This document shows positions 13,672-27,406 of a stretch of 64,000 nucleotides of DNA, in pieces. The DNA comes from Atractiella rhizophila. Taxonomy: Eukaryota. The notes under the pieces were generated by a model. It did no database searches. It worked only from the letters and a program-made list of their open reading frames with translations, and was not told where the DNA came from. Within the stretch, counting starts at the first letter, position 1. The number at the start of each line of letters is the position of its first letter. The stretch covers positions 1 to 64,000 of the forward strand of contig MU271289.1 of assembly GCA_021432655.1 (NCBI GenBank), written 5' to 3'. Both the position numbers and the translations under genes were made by a program.

Positions 13672-14167
13672 GGGAATAAATAAAGAAATAAAAATATGAG
13701 TTGTGGCCTGTGGGAGGAGAACGAGGTTGAATCAATTTCACGCTGCTTGAAAATGCTTCAGGTCTATGAATAACAAGAAAACAGTCATAAAAATGGCACT
13801 GGAAGCGTCTATCAGTTGAATCCACATCTCACATCTCGCGCGCAAATTTAGTCACGCTGACGAGGGAAGACCGCTCGAGCTCTTGTGCGTCTTGTCAGGA
13901 AAGGAACCAACGTCGAACTGATGTCCTTGATTAATTTGATTCGTGTTAAAAGCTATAAGGTCGTGCATCAGCTTAAACTGCTGAACCATGCTAGCAAGAT
14001 GAAAACGAAATGCAAATGAAATGCGTCGATGATGAGCGGGAGAAGTTGCCTGTTTGGGAAGTCACCTCTGGCTCCTCATCCCAGTCTCCCAAATCCAAGC
14101 GAAACCAATCATATTCCCCAGCTAGGTATATATAACTTCAGCTGAAGCACCACAGAAAGGACCAAGA

Positions 14168-14890
14168 TGCACTTCTCACGCAGTCTGGCCTTCAGCCTCC
14201 TTTCCCTCTCACTTGCCTTCTCCAACACATCTCCCCTTCTTTCCCTCTCGGCGTATGTCTCTCCCTCAGCACACATCACATGTCCCATTAACAGTGGATC
14301 GATGTAGCATACCTGAAACGACGGCAGAGCTGTGCACATATGACAAAGTGGAGGTCTACCGCTCATCGTCCCTTGTGAACGATTTGGATGCCATAAGAGC
14401 AGTGGTGAGGGCAGGAGGGGAGTTTAAGGCATTTGTGATGGAGGGTGAGGAGTTGGAAGTCGCGGATAGGTTTAAAGTGGAATGTGGAGGTGAAGTGGAA
14501 GAGATCATGGGTCGTACGTTCCTCTCCTAACTGTTCAGAAACTGGGGTATCGGGTATCAAACATGATTTTATTGGGATGCAGGACCGTCCACGCTGTCTC
14601 CCACCCCCAACATCCTCACACTCATCCTCCCCACCGTCAGCTCCTCCTCCTCCATGACCATCCAACGATCCTCCCCCGCCAAAACCAAACGAGCACCAGA
14701 ATACGACAACACGCCCATCTTCCAAAAATACGTCCTCTTCACCCCCTCCCTCATCTTCGCCGTCCTCGTCGTCGGAATCTTGTTCATCCCCGCTCTATCC
14801 GTCGCTTCTTCTGCTCTCATTGCCACAGAGACGCCGGAGGGATTGGTGGGGAGGATGAGTGGGATGGGGAATGTCGTGGAGTCGAAGTGA
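14168..14890 (+). CDS. V-ATPase assembly/accessory factor Voa1/Ac45-like protein
   Basis: Signal peptide MHFSRSLAFSLLSLSLA; two introns (14252-14306, ~14514-14582) join exons in frame; C-terminal IFQKYVLFTPSLIFAVLVVGILFIP..ALIATETP resembles the Ac45-VOA1 TM domain. Confidence 0.7.
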
Positions 14891-15849
14891 TTTAAGAATG
14901 GGCCAGCGTGAACCCGAATTGAGGTGAGCTGCTTATTGGAGTCTGGTGTGCCACAGTGCGTATGAAAGAGAGTAAATATTATTAATCCTTTTGTGACGAA
15001 CATTCGAGGAAGAGAAAGGAGAGAACGCTTGTTCTGCCAACACGTCAAAGATTCCACAGCGATAATTTGAGGCCATCGGATGTGCAGAGTCGCTGTAATT
15101 TAGGGCTCCGAATTTTTGAACTCTCGCGACCTCTTCCCTAGTCTCTTGTTCCATATCTGTTTCCTACACCTTTAAAAAGGCACAGGAGGAACCAGATGCC
15201 TCACAGTCCAATGACGATGAAGAGCGCAATGTCAGGAGATTTGTCTCGCATTCAAAAGCGGTGAAACTTGTGGATTCCACAATGCGAGCGTCATAAACAA
15301 CGTTAAATCAGATTCACGGGGTTTAAAGGACAACATCCAAGAAATGCAAAAGGAGCGACCAGGGCGATGCGAGAATGAGAGATCTCACCAGAGCAGAGCT
15401 TGTTGGTCAATGTCGATGCTCTAAAATCGGCTCTATCCTCTAGCGAATAGTGACGTCCGAGAAAGGACCAGCGTTAGGTGAATCTGAAAGGATAGCTTTG
15501 CATCCTCCAATGTTGAGACATAAATAAGGATGGGATAGCCGCTACTGTAAACTCAGTTCCATACGTGTTTCCAATTTTGTGTGTGGAGACGGGTATGGCA
15601 TTTGAGGTCATTGTGGCCCCAAGCTTTGTTTTTGGTGCTTTAGTAATTTCGATATTCGTCTCGTCATCCTTAGTGTAATTGCAACCATCATTTGATCGGT
15701 GCAGCTCTTTTCAGACCATGACTGACGATTAACAATTCACTATTGTTTTCTAGCTTGATCTCTCTATTTTGTATCACTCTACACAAGGATGGTGTGACCT
15801 TATTCTTGTGAGGGAAGAAGAGAGCAACTGAGAATCGCCATCAGGTATC

Positions 15850-16830
15850 GCTTCACCGCCCCCTTTTTGCTTGCCACAACGCGCACAACTTCCTCAAAGG
15901 ATCGTTTGGACGCCTTTGATTGCAAGCCAAGACGTGCTTGAAAACTGTCTGTCATATCGGCTTCCGTTACAGAAGACGCAGAGTTCTATGACGTACTCTC
16001 GTTGTAATCCTTCCCTTGGAATCTCCAACTGCAAGGTGATGGACAACTTTGACCTATTGTTTGAGATCTTAATATTATAAATTTTGAAAAAGATGAGCGA
16101 GTTACTTACTTTGTAGCCACAGCTTGTAGTTAGAATCTGACGAAGGAAGGATTTCACTCCCGTTGGGATTCAAAACCAATTTATATGTTCCAGGCGTAAA
16201 CAAAACAGAGCTTTCCAATGTGAGACCTTTTCTAACACCAGTGTTCAAACCTGTGCATTCCTAAACAAGAGCACGGAGCACCCACGCTTTTGTCAAGTAG
16301 AATTCATCGCTACCCGGAGTGTCCAATTCTGCGAAAAAGTGAAAATTCCTGGGTTTGATGTTCATACTCTCCATGATGATTCTCTGTGGAACTTTTTTTT
16401 TCTAGATGTCTAGATTTGCTTCTTCTGCTTTGACACCATTTCACTTACAATGCTCGCGCCATTTTATACATCTCAGAAGTCGCTACTTGCCATCTTCCTC
16501 CAGGATTGTCCATGGCACTCGCCTAGAGCCGTAAAGCTCGTATGGTTTGTCTGGTAAACTCCTTCGACACAGAGCTTTGAAACAGTAAACATGGCACACG
16601 GCTGCTGGTGACCGCCTTGCGGCGATCTGGATTGATACTTGTTGGCAAGATCAAAATGCCTGAGGACGGTGGCGCATCGTCGACTACAATGTTTGGACAG
16701 CATGTTACGTCGAGCAGACGTCGTTCTCGCCGAACCACCAGAGGTGGTTCAAACTGCATACTGAGATTACTGAGTCTGCATTAAGCAGACGGTTAGGGAA
16801 GATTCAACAGTTTGATGTCTCAATACGAGG
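15850..16830 (+). pseudogene. Degenerate paralogue of the unknown gene at 28.0-29.6 kb
   Basis: Blocks match the reverse complement of ~28000-28950 (e.g. ctcagaa.tcg.tacttgccatcttcct; PQRAQLPQRI vs PQLAQRLQRI; GGSNCILRLLSLH* vs GGLNVISNILTLHK); several in-frame stops. Confidence 0.65.
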
Positions 16831-17294
16831 AGGACTATTTGCTGCTTTAAGTTTCTGCACGCTGGTATTGACGAGCGCCCTAAGCATGATGATACCTCGT
16901 AATGAACCCTTTTCGGAAGTTATCTATCCGTGACCTAGAGACCCGGTCAACTACGAAACAATACTTCCACTCCATAATCTTGCCAGATTTCATTGCTTCC
17001 CACTTTTGGTTGGTCCCCCCTAGCGTGTGTAAGAATCTTATCACTCCCCTATTGGACCGCCCCAAAACGCAGAGTGAATCTTGGCCGGATTCCGTGTGGC
17101 CAAAGTGTGAGGTACGCATAGCAGATGTGTAATAAGAGGAGTTTATTCACAGGATCAGAACGAGTGTAAGCAAATAGTGGAGGAGAGCAATTCAACCGTA
17201 CAAGGTCAACATACAATTTCTGATACAGGCTGATCATACACTTGAGTGGCAACTGCGTTTCTCCCCTTACACATTGTACTCTTCTCAGAGCAAC

Positions 17295-17853
17295 TTAACA
17301 ATAGTTGGGTGGCTGTAGTCCCTCCTGCTTCACGCTTTCCGCCGCTCCAGCATTAGCCTTCGAAAAATCACCCAACACCTCCATTGTGTGCGCTTCCTGT
17401 TCCTCCGGCGTTTTTGACCAATGATAGGTCACATTGGACTCTACCGTGTCCGGATTTCCTTTAAACTTGTGGAAGACTTTACCCGTGAGAGTAGTCTTGG
17501 TGCGTTGAACATCGATGGATATTATTCTTTGCTCCGCTCGTCATCTTCGAGAATATCGAGAATCAAAGGAACGCACTCATGTGTCACACCCTCTATAACT
17601 CCCATTTGTTGCCCTTGCCAAGCTCTGAACGTCTCCCTCCCAACAATAGGAGGATGGGTGCCCAGTGTCAAGCGTACATCTTCTGCGAATCGGGAAGTAT
17701 AGAGCGGCGTGTCAAGGGCATCAGAAGCTTCGATGGTCTGCAAGAATATCAGAACATGTCCACTGAAATTCACTGCGAATGAAATGAGGAAGGCAGAAAT
17801 ACCTTTCTTGCCCATGCTTCTCCAGCAGCACGTTGGGAGTCGGTCACTGACAT
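17295..17853 (-). CDS. SnoaL/NTF2-like fold protein
   Basis: Three exons: MSVTDSQRAAGEAWARK|TIEASDALDTPLYTSRFAEDVRLTLGTHPPIVGRETFR..VTHE|..SIDVQRTKTTLTGKV..MEVLGDFS..PNYC*; FA.D......PP..GR is SnoaL_2-like. Confidence 0.7.
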
Positions 17854-18308
17854 GTCTACTATTGTTGTGGGGAATGAGATACCAGAGAGAGGCGGCAGGA
17901 GATACGCTAACCCTTTTATGGCAGTCACATAAATTCTGGGCACTGGGCATTACACAACTTTGATGTAGCTGACTCTGTCTAGGTGTGGTGGACAAAGATA
18001 GCGAAAGCACGTTGCCCCAATGGCGCTCCCAGCGGGGTCAACAGCGAACAGACAAAAGATAAGGGGAATTCCTGTCATAGCCATTGTGGTAATTCCTTGG
18101 CGAGCTGAAAATCAGTTGTGTCCCAGAGATTTTGAACATCAGCAATTTAGCTCGCAAAAGGATTCGGTTTGCTTTCTTGACAGGGAACGGTGAAATGGTC
18201 AACGGTATGGAAGTAAGTGTACAAAAAAGCATCTAGAATTGTTCATGAAAGTCACATTATAAGCAGAAGCATGTCAAGTCAGTCAAAAAGGATCAACGTA
18301 GACAGACC

Positions 18309-19514
18309 TCATTGAGATTCGCCATTCCTGAGCTTTACAGCAATCTCGAAATCTTTCAAAAACCTCCATCTTCCAACATTCTTAACATCAGTCTTCTCCC
18401 ATCCATTGAACGTTTTCGGATACAACGGCAACATGTCCAAGATGCTTGTATCGTGAGCGACTATGACAAAAACGTCTTCACGAGCATCGAAGGCTTCCAT
18501 CTTCTCCACAGCTTTCTGGGCAAGGTCAAGATCAGCGTTCAAGGCGGGGTTGAGTTCATAGAAAGGTGTTGTGCGGTAGCCGTCTTTCGCATCCTCAGAG
18601 CGATGAGCGTGGATATGATCGAAGATAGATCCAAGACAGAAACCTGTCGTGGAAACCGCTTCGAAAGGGGAAGGAGTGATGGAATCTGGAAGAGGAAGTT
18701 CTGGAGTAGGACGAAATTCCCCTGCGTGATGGGCTGTATCCGCTCCCAGGAAGACAAATTTGTCGTCCGACGTACGTGCGAGGCCAACAATGTGATCGTC
18801 AGCTTTGTAGAAGTCAATATTCGTCATTAGGAAAGTTGGAGGGAGGCGTACTGTGACCTGTTACCTTCAGGAGGTAAAAGCTGCCATCTTCAAAATAGTC
18901 CAGTGCTTTAAATCCCCCAATTTCAGTCGTGCTCTTCCCAAAATCTAATTCTACAACTTGTCGACCTTCGTATGCGTCGTGAGGTATAACGGAGTCTGGA
19001 TTAAGGGGATAACCAGGGAAAGCAGCCTTGTTGCTTTTAAATCCTGGACCAACGATGAGATCTGTTGTCTTTGGAAACAGAGAGGAATCTCCAATGTGAT
19101 CCAGGTGAGAATGTGACCAGATAATGGCATCGATGGACTCCAGAGGCAGGTTGTTGTCCTTCAGTTGATCAGCCACGTCCTTGGGTATGTCCGTTTCCGC
19201 ATTGGCTGCTTCAAACATCTCAAGCACTGAGGACAGGGCAAATTCAGTCCGAATCAGGGTAAAATGGAAATGTGAAACGTACTGGAAGGCACAAACTTCT
19301 CTCTCCAAGTCTTCATCATCCCAAGGTCAAAGAGCACCTTCTTCTTTGCATTGTCATTTTCAATCAAGAAGCTGTAGCAAACGCCGTGAAATCTCTCATG
19401 TCCTGGGACGGGTTGTTTGACGACAAAAGAAGTGGGAATGGTGAGATGGCCCGCGTCCAGAATAGACAAGCGGACGGTAAAACCTTTCGACGGAGGAAGA
19501 TTCAAGGAAGACAT
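18309..19514 (-). CDS. Metallo-beta-lactamase-fold hydrolase (AHL-lactonase-like)
   Basis: SFLIE..VLFDLG, IIWSHSHLDHIGD (HxHxDH), DYFEDGSFYLL..GH, FLGADTAHH, IVAHD. Confidence 0.9.
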
Positions 19515-20088
19515 CAAGATGATCAGGTTTGCAATGGATAGAGAAACGTTGAAGCTCAAGCTAGAAATCCTCAAGGCAAATGATCACTTTTATATCACTG
19601 GCAAACGACAGCTGATTCAGTGGAATCGGCACATCGGACGCAGCTAGAAGTGTCGCTGCTTCTTTCCATTCGCTACGTATTACTGCAGGCAGGTTGGATG
19701 GTGGGCTGCGTACAACAAACGGCAAGGGAGGAATTCTCGCCGCAGAGGAGTGCTACATCCTGCTTGTTGTGCCTGTCGATGGTTATGCAATTTTACGCCG
19801 ACGACTTAGTAAGCGCCATATCGCCTGGCGGAGGCGACGTTGGTGGGCATAACGCGCTTCGTTCCTTCACGCATTTAATGCCTTGAGGTATTTTAACCCT
19901 TGGCTTCGAAATGGACAAGAGCGAGATCAAGAGCAAGAGCAAGAGCAATCCTTGTAAACGCGTTTTCTCCTTCCCAAATTGAAAGACTGTTGGTTCCCTT
20001 TTTCATCAACTTAGAGCAGCTCTAGTAAAGTCTATACATTTAACAACATTACATTCTCGAATCCTATCGATAATTTACGCTCGATAGG

Positions 20089-22395
20089 ATGGAAGAACGG
20101 AGGGAGTGTCTCATCCACCATGAGCATGGAAACTGGATGGCTCAAGGGTAAAGAAGCTCATTAGCGCTCACCTCTGGCCCAATTTCATGTCAGGACAAGC
20201 TAGCAAAGCGCAAGCTTGAGCACTCCATTCCTTTTCATCCTTCTCGTCGGCTACCTTGGGAGAGTTTGTTTGGTAAGGAAGGCCAGCATAACAACCACCA
20301 TAGTGAGTTCAGCCAAGGATGGCTTCCTCCACTGCCTCATCGGAGTCCTCTTCCAGTGCCTCAGGTAGCTCTTCTGAAGGTGAAGAACTGACACATCGCG
20401 CCTCCCTCTCTCGTCATTCTCGACCATACCGCGAACGCCTCCAAGCACCTGAGGCAGAGCGGCCATATGGCATATCTTCTTCATCGTCCTCTGAAGACGA
20501 CGATGACGAAGCACCACCCGCACTCTCAACTTCGGCCTTTAAATCCAAGAAACCAAATGTAATCTTGCGACGTGTTTTGGCGAGGACGATTTGGGCAATG
20601 GAGAGGGAGAAATGGGGGATGGTGAGGACAGGATTGGGAGACGTTGAAAAGTTTCTTGAGAAGGGGAAGGGGAGGGGATTGGGAAAGGGGAGGGAAATGC
20701 CTGTTCTTGGTGGGTCCCTAACCTTATTCATGAAGCGAAAGTGTTGCCATTGGAGCGCAATTGGTTGGTTGACCCAAAGCCGAGGCGAGCGTAGCGTGTG
20801 AAGAAGAAAGACAAATGGTTTCCCCCTGATATGAATGTGAAACACTGGCAGTCGACGTTTCTGCTTCACCAGTCACCCGGAAGTGACAAGGGTGCAGACT
20901 CTTGTCTTGAAACCTCTTATCTCGGATGCCCCTTGTTATAGCTGTGCTGCCCTTTACAACTTGCACATTATTGTTTACAGACATCCGTGATGTTTCTTCT
21001 TGCATCAACATGAAGAAGGACACCAGATTCCTGTTCTATCGAATACAGATTAATGGTTTATTGTGTGTCAATTGACGTCTAAATCCTACGACAGCGTCAA
21101 TTGACCCCTGTCGTAACTGTTGAGGGACCTACAGAGGAAATACAGTCACACAGCCCATTCTTAATTCATGGTTACGTGGTATATCTGACGGGGAGTTTTG
21201 ACAGTACGCCTGCACAAGTCGTGGTCAGAGCTGTCTTCTGGACGGTTCTCAACCAAGGAATACAAACATTCCCTCTCGTCATCCGATAGCAAGGCGCTCA
21301 ATGCCCTTGTCCAGCGCTTTAAGCATTTGCCAGAGGATTGTATATGGAATAAACTCGTGGCTGTTTGCGAAGCTGTGCGTTATATTCATTCATTTGCTTC
21401 CCTATTACAAATGCATATGTTGAAAATGACCCAGATGGAACCACCTTTTCCTTTCCTATTAAATTCCTCTGGAAGACTTGAAAGCAAATTTGTTGCCTCT
21501 CTTGAGATCAATCTTCTTCTTTCCGATGGTCCAGGGACGACAACTTTAGATATGAGGGATATGGACAATTGGGAGCAAAAGCTGACAGGCGAATCCTTTA
21601 AGCGCATTCTGAAGTATTACGCCAGTTTTGAGGAAGATGGTGATTTCCGATGGGACACTCTTTTAAGTACTTTGACATCCCTCGACTTGCGCGGAAACCA
21701 CGGTCAGTTCCTCCTGACTCTTCTTCTGCTTTTGAACGAAGAGCTAGAAGAGGACTTGCGCGCATGGTTGTTTCCCCGTCTTCAGAATCTTCAAACGCTT
21801 TATCTTCCGAGCGATATTGGCGTGTTTCCTCCAGAGATTGTGTTGCTCACGAAGTTATCCCGAATCTCTCCCAAATCATGCAAGGCGCTTTCGACATCTG
21901 CAAAATTCGCTATGCCCAAACCCTTCGGTTGCGCCTTTCCCGTCTCTACTTTCGTCCTGCCTGTCCCTCGTTTTGAAACACCGGACAGTTGCTGAGCTTT
22001 CAGAGGCGTCCCTGCCAGTCCATATCCAGGCTTCCCTACTCAACGGTTATCGATGTGTAGGATGCCATGAGTTTGTTTCGCCGACTTTCACTCCAGACCT
22101 ATACGTTGCTGCGTTTGAACAGAACGATTTACGCGAAAGCGTGCTGTGGTTCACTACACCTTGGACGACTGACAATGCAAGAATTATCAATAAAGCTCTG
22201 AATGATCGATTCTACAAAGCGCATGCTGCACTTGAACGACGGACGATAGTTGTTGGGAAGAAGGGATGGAAGTTCTGTCAGAGATGTCTTTGGAAGCATG
22301 CGACGCGAAATCATTGTTCCTGCCTGATGTGTCTCAAGGAGGAGGAGCAAGTCAAAAGTGGGACGTTGAGGTTCTGGAGGGTTTGGGAAGATTGA
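20089..22395 (+). CDS. Hypothetical protein with Ser/acidic N-terminus, LRR-like middle and Cys-rich C-terminus (one gene assumed)
   Basis: TLTSLDLRGN, FPRLQNLQTLYL..FPPEIVLLTKL (LRR-like); C-terminal CVGC, CQRC, HCSCLMC; exon structure only partly resolved. Confidence 0.5.
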
Positions 22396-22791
22396 CCGGT
22401 TGCCCACCAATACTTTTCTGCTCCACTTCATGGATCGTGTGTAACCGGATATTTTCCATTTTGCCACTGTTACACACTCTGCAAAATCATTTTACCTCTC
22501 CTGTTGCGTTCTATCTATCTTGCATTACACTAATTTCGATAGCCCGTTATCTATGATGACATTTTGGATGCCAGTATCGGCCGTGCTGCTGATGGCGCGA
22601 TATCGCACAACTGCTCCGCCATGTCTCGACCCCTCCCATGCCATCCGAATTCAGTCAGCCTAGCGCAGGGTCTGCTCATTACCTTTTTGAATGCCGCCAT
22701 TTGCACTCCTGTGGAATACAAAAGAAGTGAATTACGGTCATGAACTCTCTTCTTCGCTTAGCTTGTTCCATTCCGTCCTTGCTCTCTCGAC

Positions 22792-25141
22792 ATGGGATCG
22801 ATCGACTCTTTCGACACTAAAAAGGGACCTCAGACCCCTCCCGCTTATGTGGAAGAGCAACCTCTGCCTATAGAAGTCGTGCAAGTGCACCAGGAAAGGT
22901 TGACGGCGTGGGGACTGGTCAAAGAGATCTTCGACTGGTACCCGAAGCGACTTCCAGAGGAGGAGAGAAAGTTGCTGTTCAAGCTTGACTTGAGCTTACT
23001 CATCTATGGGTGCTTAAGCTTCTTCGTCAAGTTCCTTGATCAGACAAATATCACGAACGCATACGTGAGCGGCATGCGAGAGGACCTAAAGCTGTTTGGG
23101 AACGAGCTCAATTATTTAAATCAGGTGCCGTTCTTCCCTCTTCCTTTGTTAGAATAAAATTGACAGGGAAGGAACAGTTTTACTATGGAGGTATGCCTTT
23201 TTCATAATATCTTGCTGGTCGCTTGACTTGGAAACATAGGATATGTGGTCGCTCAAATTCCTATGCTCATGTTCATGACCCGCCCTTCGCTCGCACGTTA
23301 TTGGCTACCCTTGAACGAGGTTATATACGGAGTTCTCACTTTCGTCCAATCCAAAGTCACAGATGTGCGACAATTGTACGCAATTCGCACTCTGGTAGGC
23401 GTCTTTGAAGCTCCTACGTTTGCTGGCACACATTTCGTACGCCTCTGTCGTCTCGTATGCTCCTACTACACAATAATTGAAAAGTTTGTAGGTTTTTGGA
23501 AGCTGGTATAAGAAGGAGGAGCTTTTCAAGGTCTGCATACCTTTGTTCGCTCCTAAGCCTACTGCTTAAGGATGATTGTAGCGAGCGGGAACGTGGTTCA
23601 TCTGTAATTCCATGGGAAGCATGTTCAGTGGTGTTCGCCAACTCCTTGTTCAGACTTCGGAATGCTCACTATAATGTCCTTTCTTAGTACCTACAATCTG
23701 CGGCATACACGAATTTGAACGGAACAGGTGGACTTGAAGGTTGGAGATGGTGAGATCCCTCCTAGATTTATTGCAAACTACTCATTATCTGTCTAGGTTG
23801 TTCATCATTGGTCAATTTCCGCTTCAAAACACCAATACTCACTGACATAATCATGTAGATGGAATTATTACGATACCAATCGCCTTTTTTGGTTTTGTGG
23901 TCTTCCCAGGAATTCCAGAATCACCAAAGACCATATTCTTCAGCGACGAGGCAATTTCTTTATCTGGCCAATGTGTCCGCCACTGATGAATTGAAACTTT
24001 GCAGGAAATCGCCTTGGGTAAGAGGCGAATGGTGGAAACGAAAGTCGCTCGACGTAGGTATTGTTGACTCGTGAAAGGTGTTCAATTTGATGGAGTCTGT
24101 AGCTGGACCTATCACTCTCGACGTTGTGAAGCGTACTCTGAAGAGATGGCACTGGTGGGTTGGTGTCGCAATCTACATGTTTGTGTCTTCCCCAGTTACT
24201 GCGTACGTTTGCTGACCTCCTATCAGTTGCTTGATCCAGTCAGGATACGGAAATAGTGAGCATTTCATGTCGCAATTTCGGCACAAATAGTGGACTAACC
24301 ACATCGGCAAAAGGCTACATGGCTCTCTGGCTCAAATCTTTGAAGCGTTTCACGGTCCCTCAAGTTAACAACATCCCCTCCGCCACATACGGTTTGAGTG
24401 CTCTCAGTTCATGGCTCGGGACGTCGTTGGCCACTATTTATCCTCCAATTTTGATATGGACCGTGGTGGAGAGTATAGAGTTATTCAGCTTCATTTGCCT
24501 TCTCATTTGGTATGTCCCTCACAAATGCCTCGGGAGATTTTTGATATCATTGAAGGCACATACCCATTGGTCTCAAGTTCTTCAATTGGATCTCCTTCGG
24601 CGTGGCAGGCTGCATTTCACCCATTCTATACAGTTGGATCAACATTGTGTGCAAAGAGGACGCAGAAGAAAGAGCATTTGTTATTTCCTCGATGATGTTC
24701 GTTGCCTCTTCTCTTGTACCTAGTCTAATTGCTAACGAATTTGAGACATTAGGACGATAGGTTACTCAGGCTACATTTGGTTACCGCTCTTCACATTTCC
24801 CACAGTGGAGGCCCCGCGTTGGGCGAAAGGTACGGCGTCCTTCTGCTCCATTTATTGTGTGAAAGGGCTCAATTTTTGCTAGGATGGAGCGCTTCAATAG
24901 CATTTTTGCTTACAATGTGGGGACTTCAGGTTCTAGGCACGACCCTACACAAACGAGAGCTGAAACGAGCGTGAGCCTCTTCACCTTTCTTCCGACACAT
25001 CCAAATGTTTTTTTTTTCAGTTTGGCAGGGAAACAGGCGGTAGAGATAATAGAGAGAGCGGAAGAGGACGCAAAGGATGATGATGACGGCCTGAGCGGAT
25101 CAAGGAAGAGATCCAGCGACCAGAAAGACATTGATGTTTAA
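22792..25141 (+). CDS. MFS transporter, anion:cation symporter family (Liz1/Fen2/Seo1-like)
   Basis: [72 protein letters not shown]; many short introns. Confidence 0.9.
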
Positions 25142-25152
25142 CGATGACATGT

Positions 25153-25295
25153 TGAGAATGAAGAGAAAAATAGATCTAGGGGATTGTAAAAGGGCTTTAA
25201 AGCTTTTTGCTTGTGTCGCTAGTACGCTTATATGAGAATGAAGAGAAAAATGGATCTGAGGATTGTATAAGGGCATCAAAGCTTTTTGCTTGTCT
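25153..25295. repeat. Imperfect ~79 bp tandem duplication just 3' of the MFS gene
   Basis: tgagaatgaagagaaaaat..gatct..ggattgta.aagggc..aaagctttttgcttgt at 25153 and 25232. Confidence 0.85.
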
Positions 25296-25765
25296 GTCAA
25301 TAGTGTCCTGTCTCAGTCTCTGTGAGCCCCACCGCAGTCGTGTGCCCTGCCGGAGCTTGTGGTTCATCTCCAATCTACAATCAAACAATCCTCAGACAAA
25401 ATCATGTATGATAAGCGTGGCATGGCGATAAGTGATAAGTAACACGTCCCGCGCAATATGTTCATCCTGAGGCATAAGCGTGAAAGTTTCGCTGGTAACA
25501 AACAAGCCTACTGATTCCCCATCCTGAACGATGGTTGTGCAATCCAAAGGATGGATTGAGTTATTCTGCTTACTATTACACTTATCGCCTTGCATTAGCG
25601 ATACCGCAGAATGAGCCGGCATGGCGCAATATGCTGTCGAAATGGGAGGGAGGGGAAGGAGGGGATAAAAGCGGTCCGCTTTGCTCGAAGTGATCAATTC
25701 AAGTTCGGCCAAAGCTCTACTTGCATTCCTATCCACTTCCATCATTGTACTCCAAAGTTCCAATC

Positions 25766-27406
25766 ATGCCTGGTGCCGCGCCAACTCTTGGTAGCTACAA
25801 ATATGTAGAGGAGACGAAGGAAAATTGTGCGGCGTCACCTCATTGGTTTTCTCACGGCTCACGGCTGATGCAATTACCTAGTGGACTGGGCTGACCTTCC
25901 GACTATCGACCTCGCCTTGTTTGCTACAGAAGAAGGCAAACAAGAGCTTACGAAAGTGCGTTCTTCCTCCCACTCCAATGGCTCTCATAGAATGTCGCGT
26001 AGATACTCACCGAAGCCTTTACCAAATACGGGTTCTTCTATGTCAAGAGTATGTGCTTCGTCCACATCCTTTGACCCCAAACTGTTTTACTGAACAGTTT
26101 AACTAGATTTCGGCATTTCCCAAGAACGTGTCGATAGGCAATTCAGTATCGGAAATCAGTTCTACGAGCTTCCTCTCGAAGAGAAGCTGAAGTATAAGCC
26201 GGACCACAGTGTGTATTTTTTATCTACCTTACTCATATACGTTTCTTAGGCAAACCTGCTAAAGGCCAGGGTCATTACAATGGTTACTCCCCTGCCGGAA
26301 GGCACGAGATAGTCCCAGGCCTCTTCAGCAGGACAGAGGTTAGTTCTTGGCCTGCCCGACCTGTGAAGGTAGCTGAACGGTTGAATAGGTGTATAACATC
26401 CCCAAATTCACCCCGCACTTCCAACAGGACCATCCAGAGTTGATCAAAACGGTGCTTCCCGAAATCGAGTCATTCGCGCGCGACCTGCACACTCACGTTC
26501 TCGATCCTCTCCATATTCTTTTTGCTCGCGCTTTGGAACTGCCCGAGGATTACTTCACTAAGATCCACAGGTATGAAGAGAAGAGCGAGGATCACTTGAG
26601 GTATATGAAGTATTCCAAGTTCACTCCCGAAGAAAACGCGAGGATCAAGGATGGGTGGGCGAGGGGTCACACTGTGAGTATTTCTTGGCCTGCAAGAATC
26701 GAAGGCTGATTTTGCAATCTTTTATCATAGGATTTAGGCACAATCGTTCGTTTCCTTGCAGTTCCAAAGAGATGCTCTGAACAGGCTCTGGTAGACGCTC
26801 CTCTTCCGTCAACCGGTCGCGGCACTCCAGATCAAGCAACCCTTCGACGACCAGTGGAAGTGGGGTCCGCGTTTTTCTTTTGTCCTGTTCTGGCACACAC
26901 TTATTATCCCACAGTCAAGCCCCAAGATGGCACCCTTACTGTGAACACCTGCGATGCTCTCTCTTTCCTTACCGGAGGTTACGTGAAGTCTACGATTCAC
27001 AAAGTTGTACGGTGCTCTCTTCTCTGTTCACTTCCAACGTTAACTATCTGGTAAACAGAACGTACCTCCGAAAGACCAACAACATGTCGACCGTCTTGGA
27101 TTGCTCTATTTCGCTCGCCCCGAGAATACAGTGGTTCTGAGGGCGATCAAGGAATCTCCAGTACTTCAACGATTGGGCTTGACGGAGAACGAGCTCGAAA
27201 AGGCTGCGAAGGAGACTGGTGCACCATTGCCCAACATGGAAGAGTGTGTCTTTCTATCTTACTCAGGATGAATGGTTGATCTGACAATATAACGCCATGC
27301 TTCTAGCTGGACCTTCAAGAAACAAAAATGGCAACAAGCGGGAGGCTATCAAAGGGACCGCCATGCTGTCATCGTTCCTGGACATCAGGAGAAAACTTAC
27401 GACTGA
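25766..27406 (+). CDS. 2-oxoglutarate/Fe(II) dioxygenase (DIOX_N + 2OG-FeII_Oxy, IPNS-like)
   Basis: DWADLPTIDLA, YGFFYVK, HLRYMKY, GHT|DLGT (HxD), LLFRQPVAALQI, VNTCDALSFLTGGYVKSTIHKV, DRLGLLYFARP. Confidence 0.92.

Noticed and set aside
6790..14550. Peptide NCSETGV appearing in two ORFs (~6793 and ~14529)
   Set aside because: The second lies in an intron of the Voa1-like gene and similarity does not extend; coincidence.
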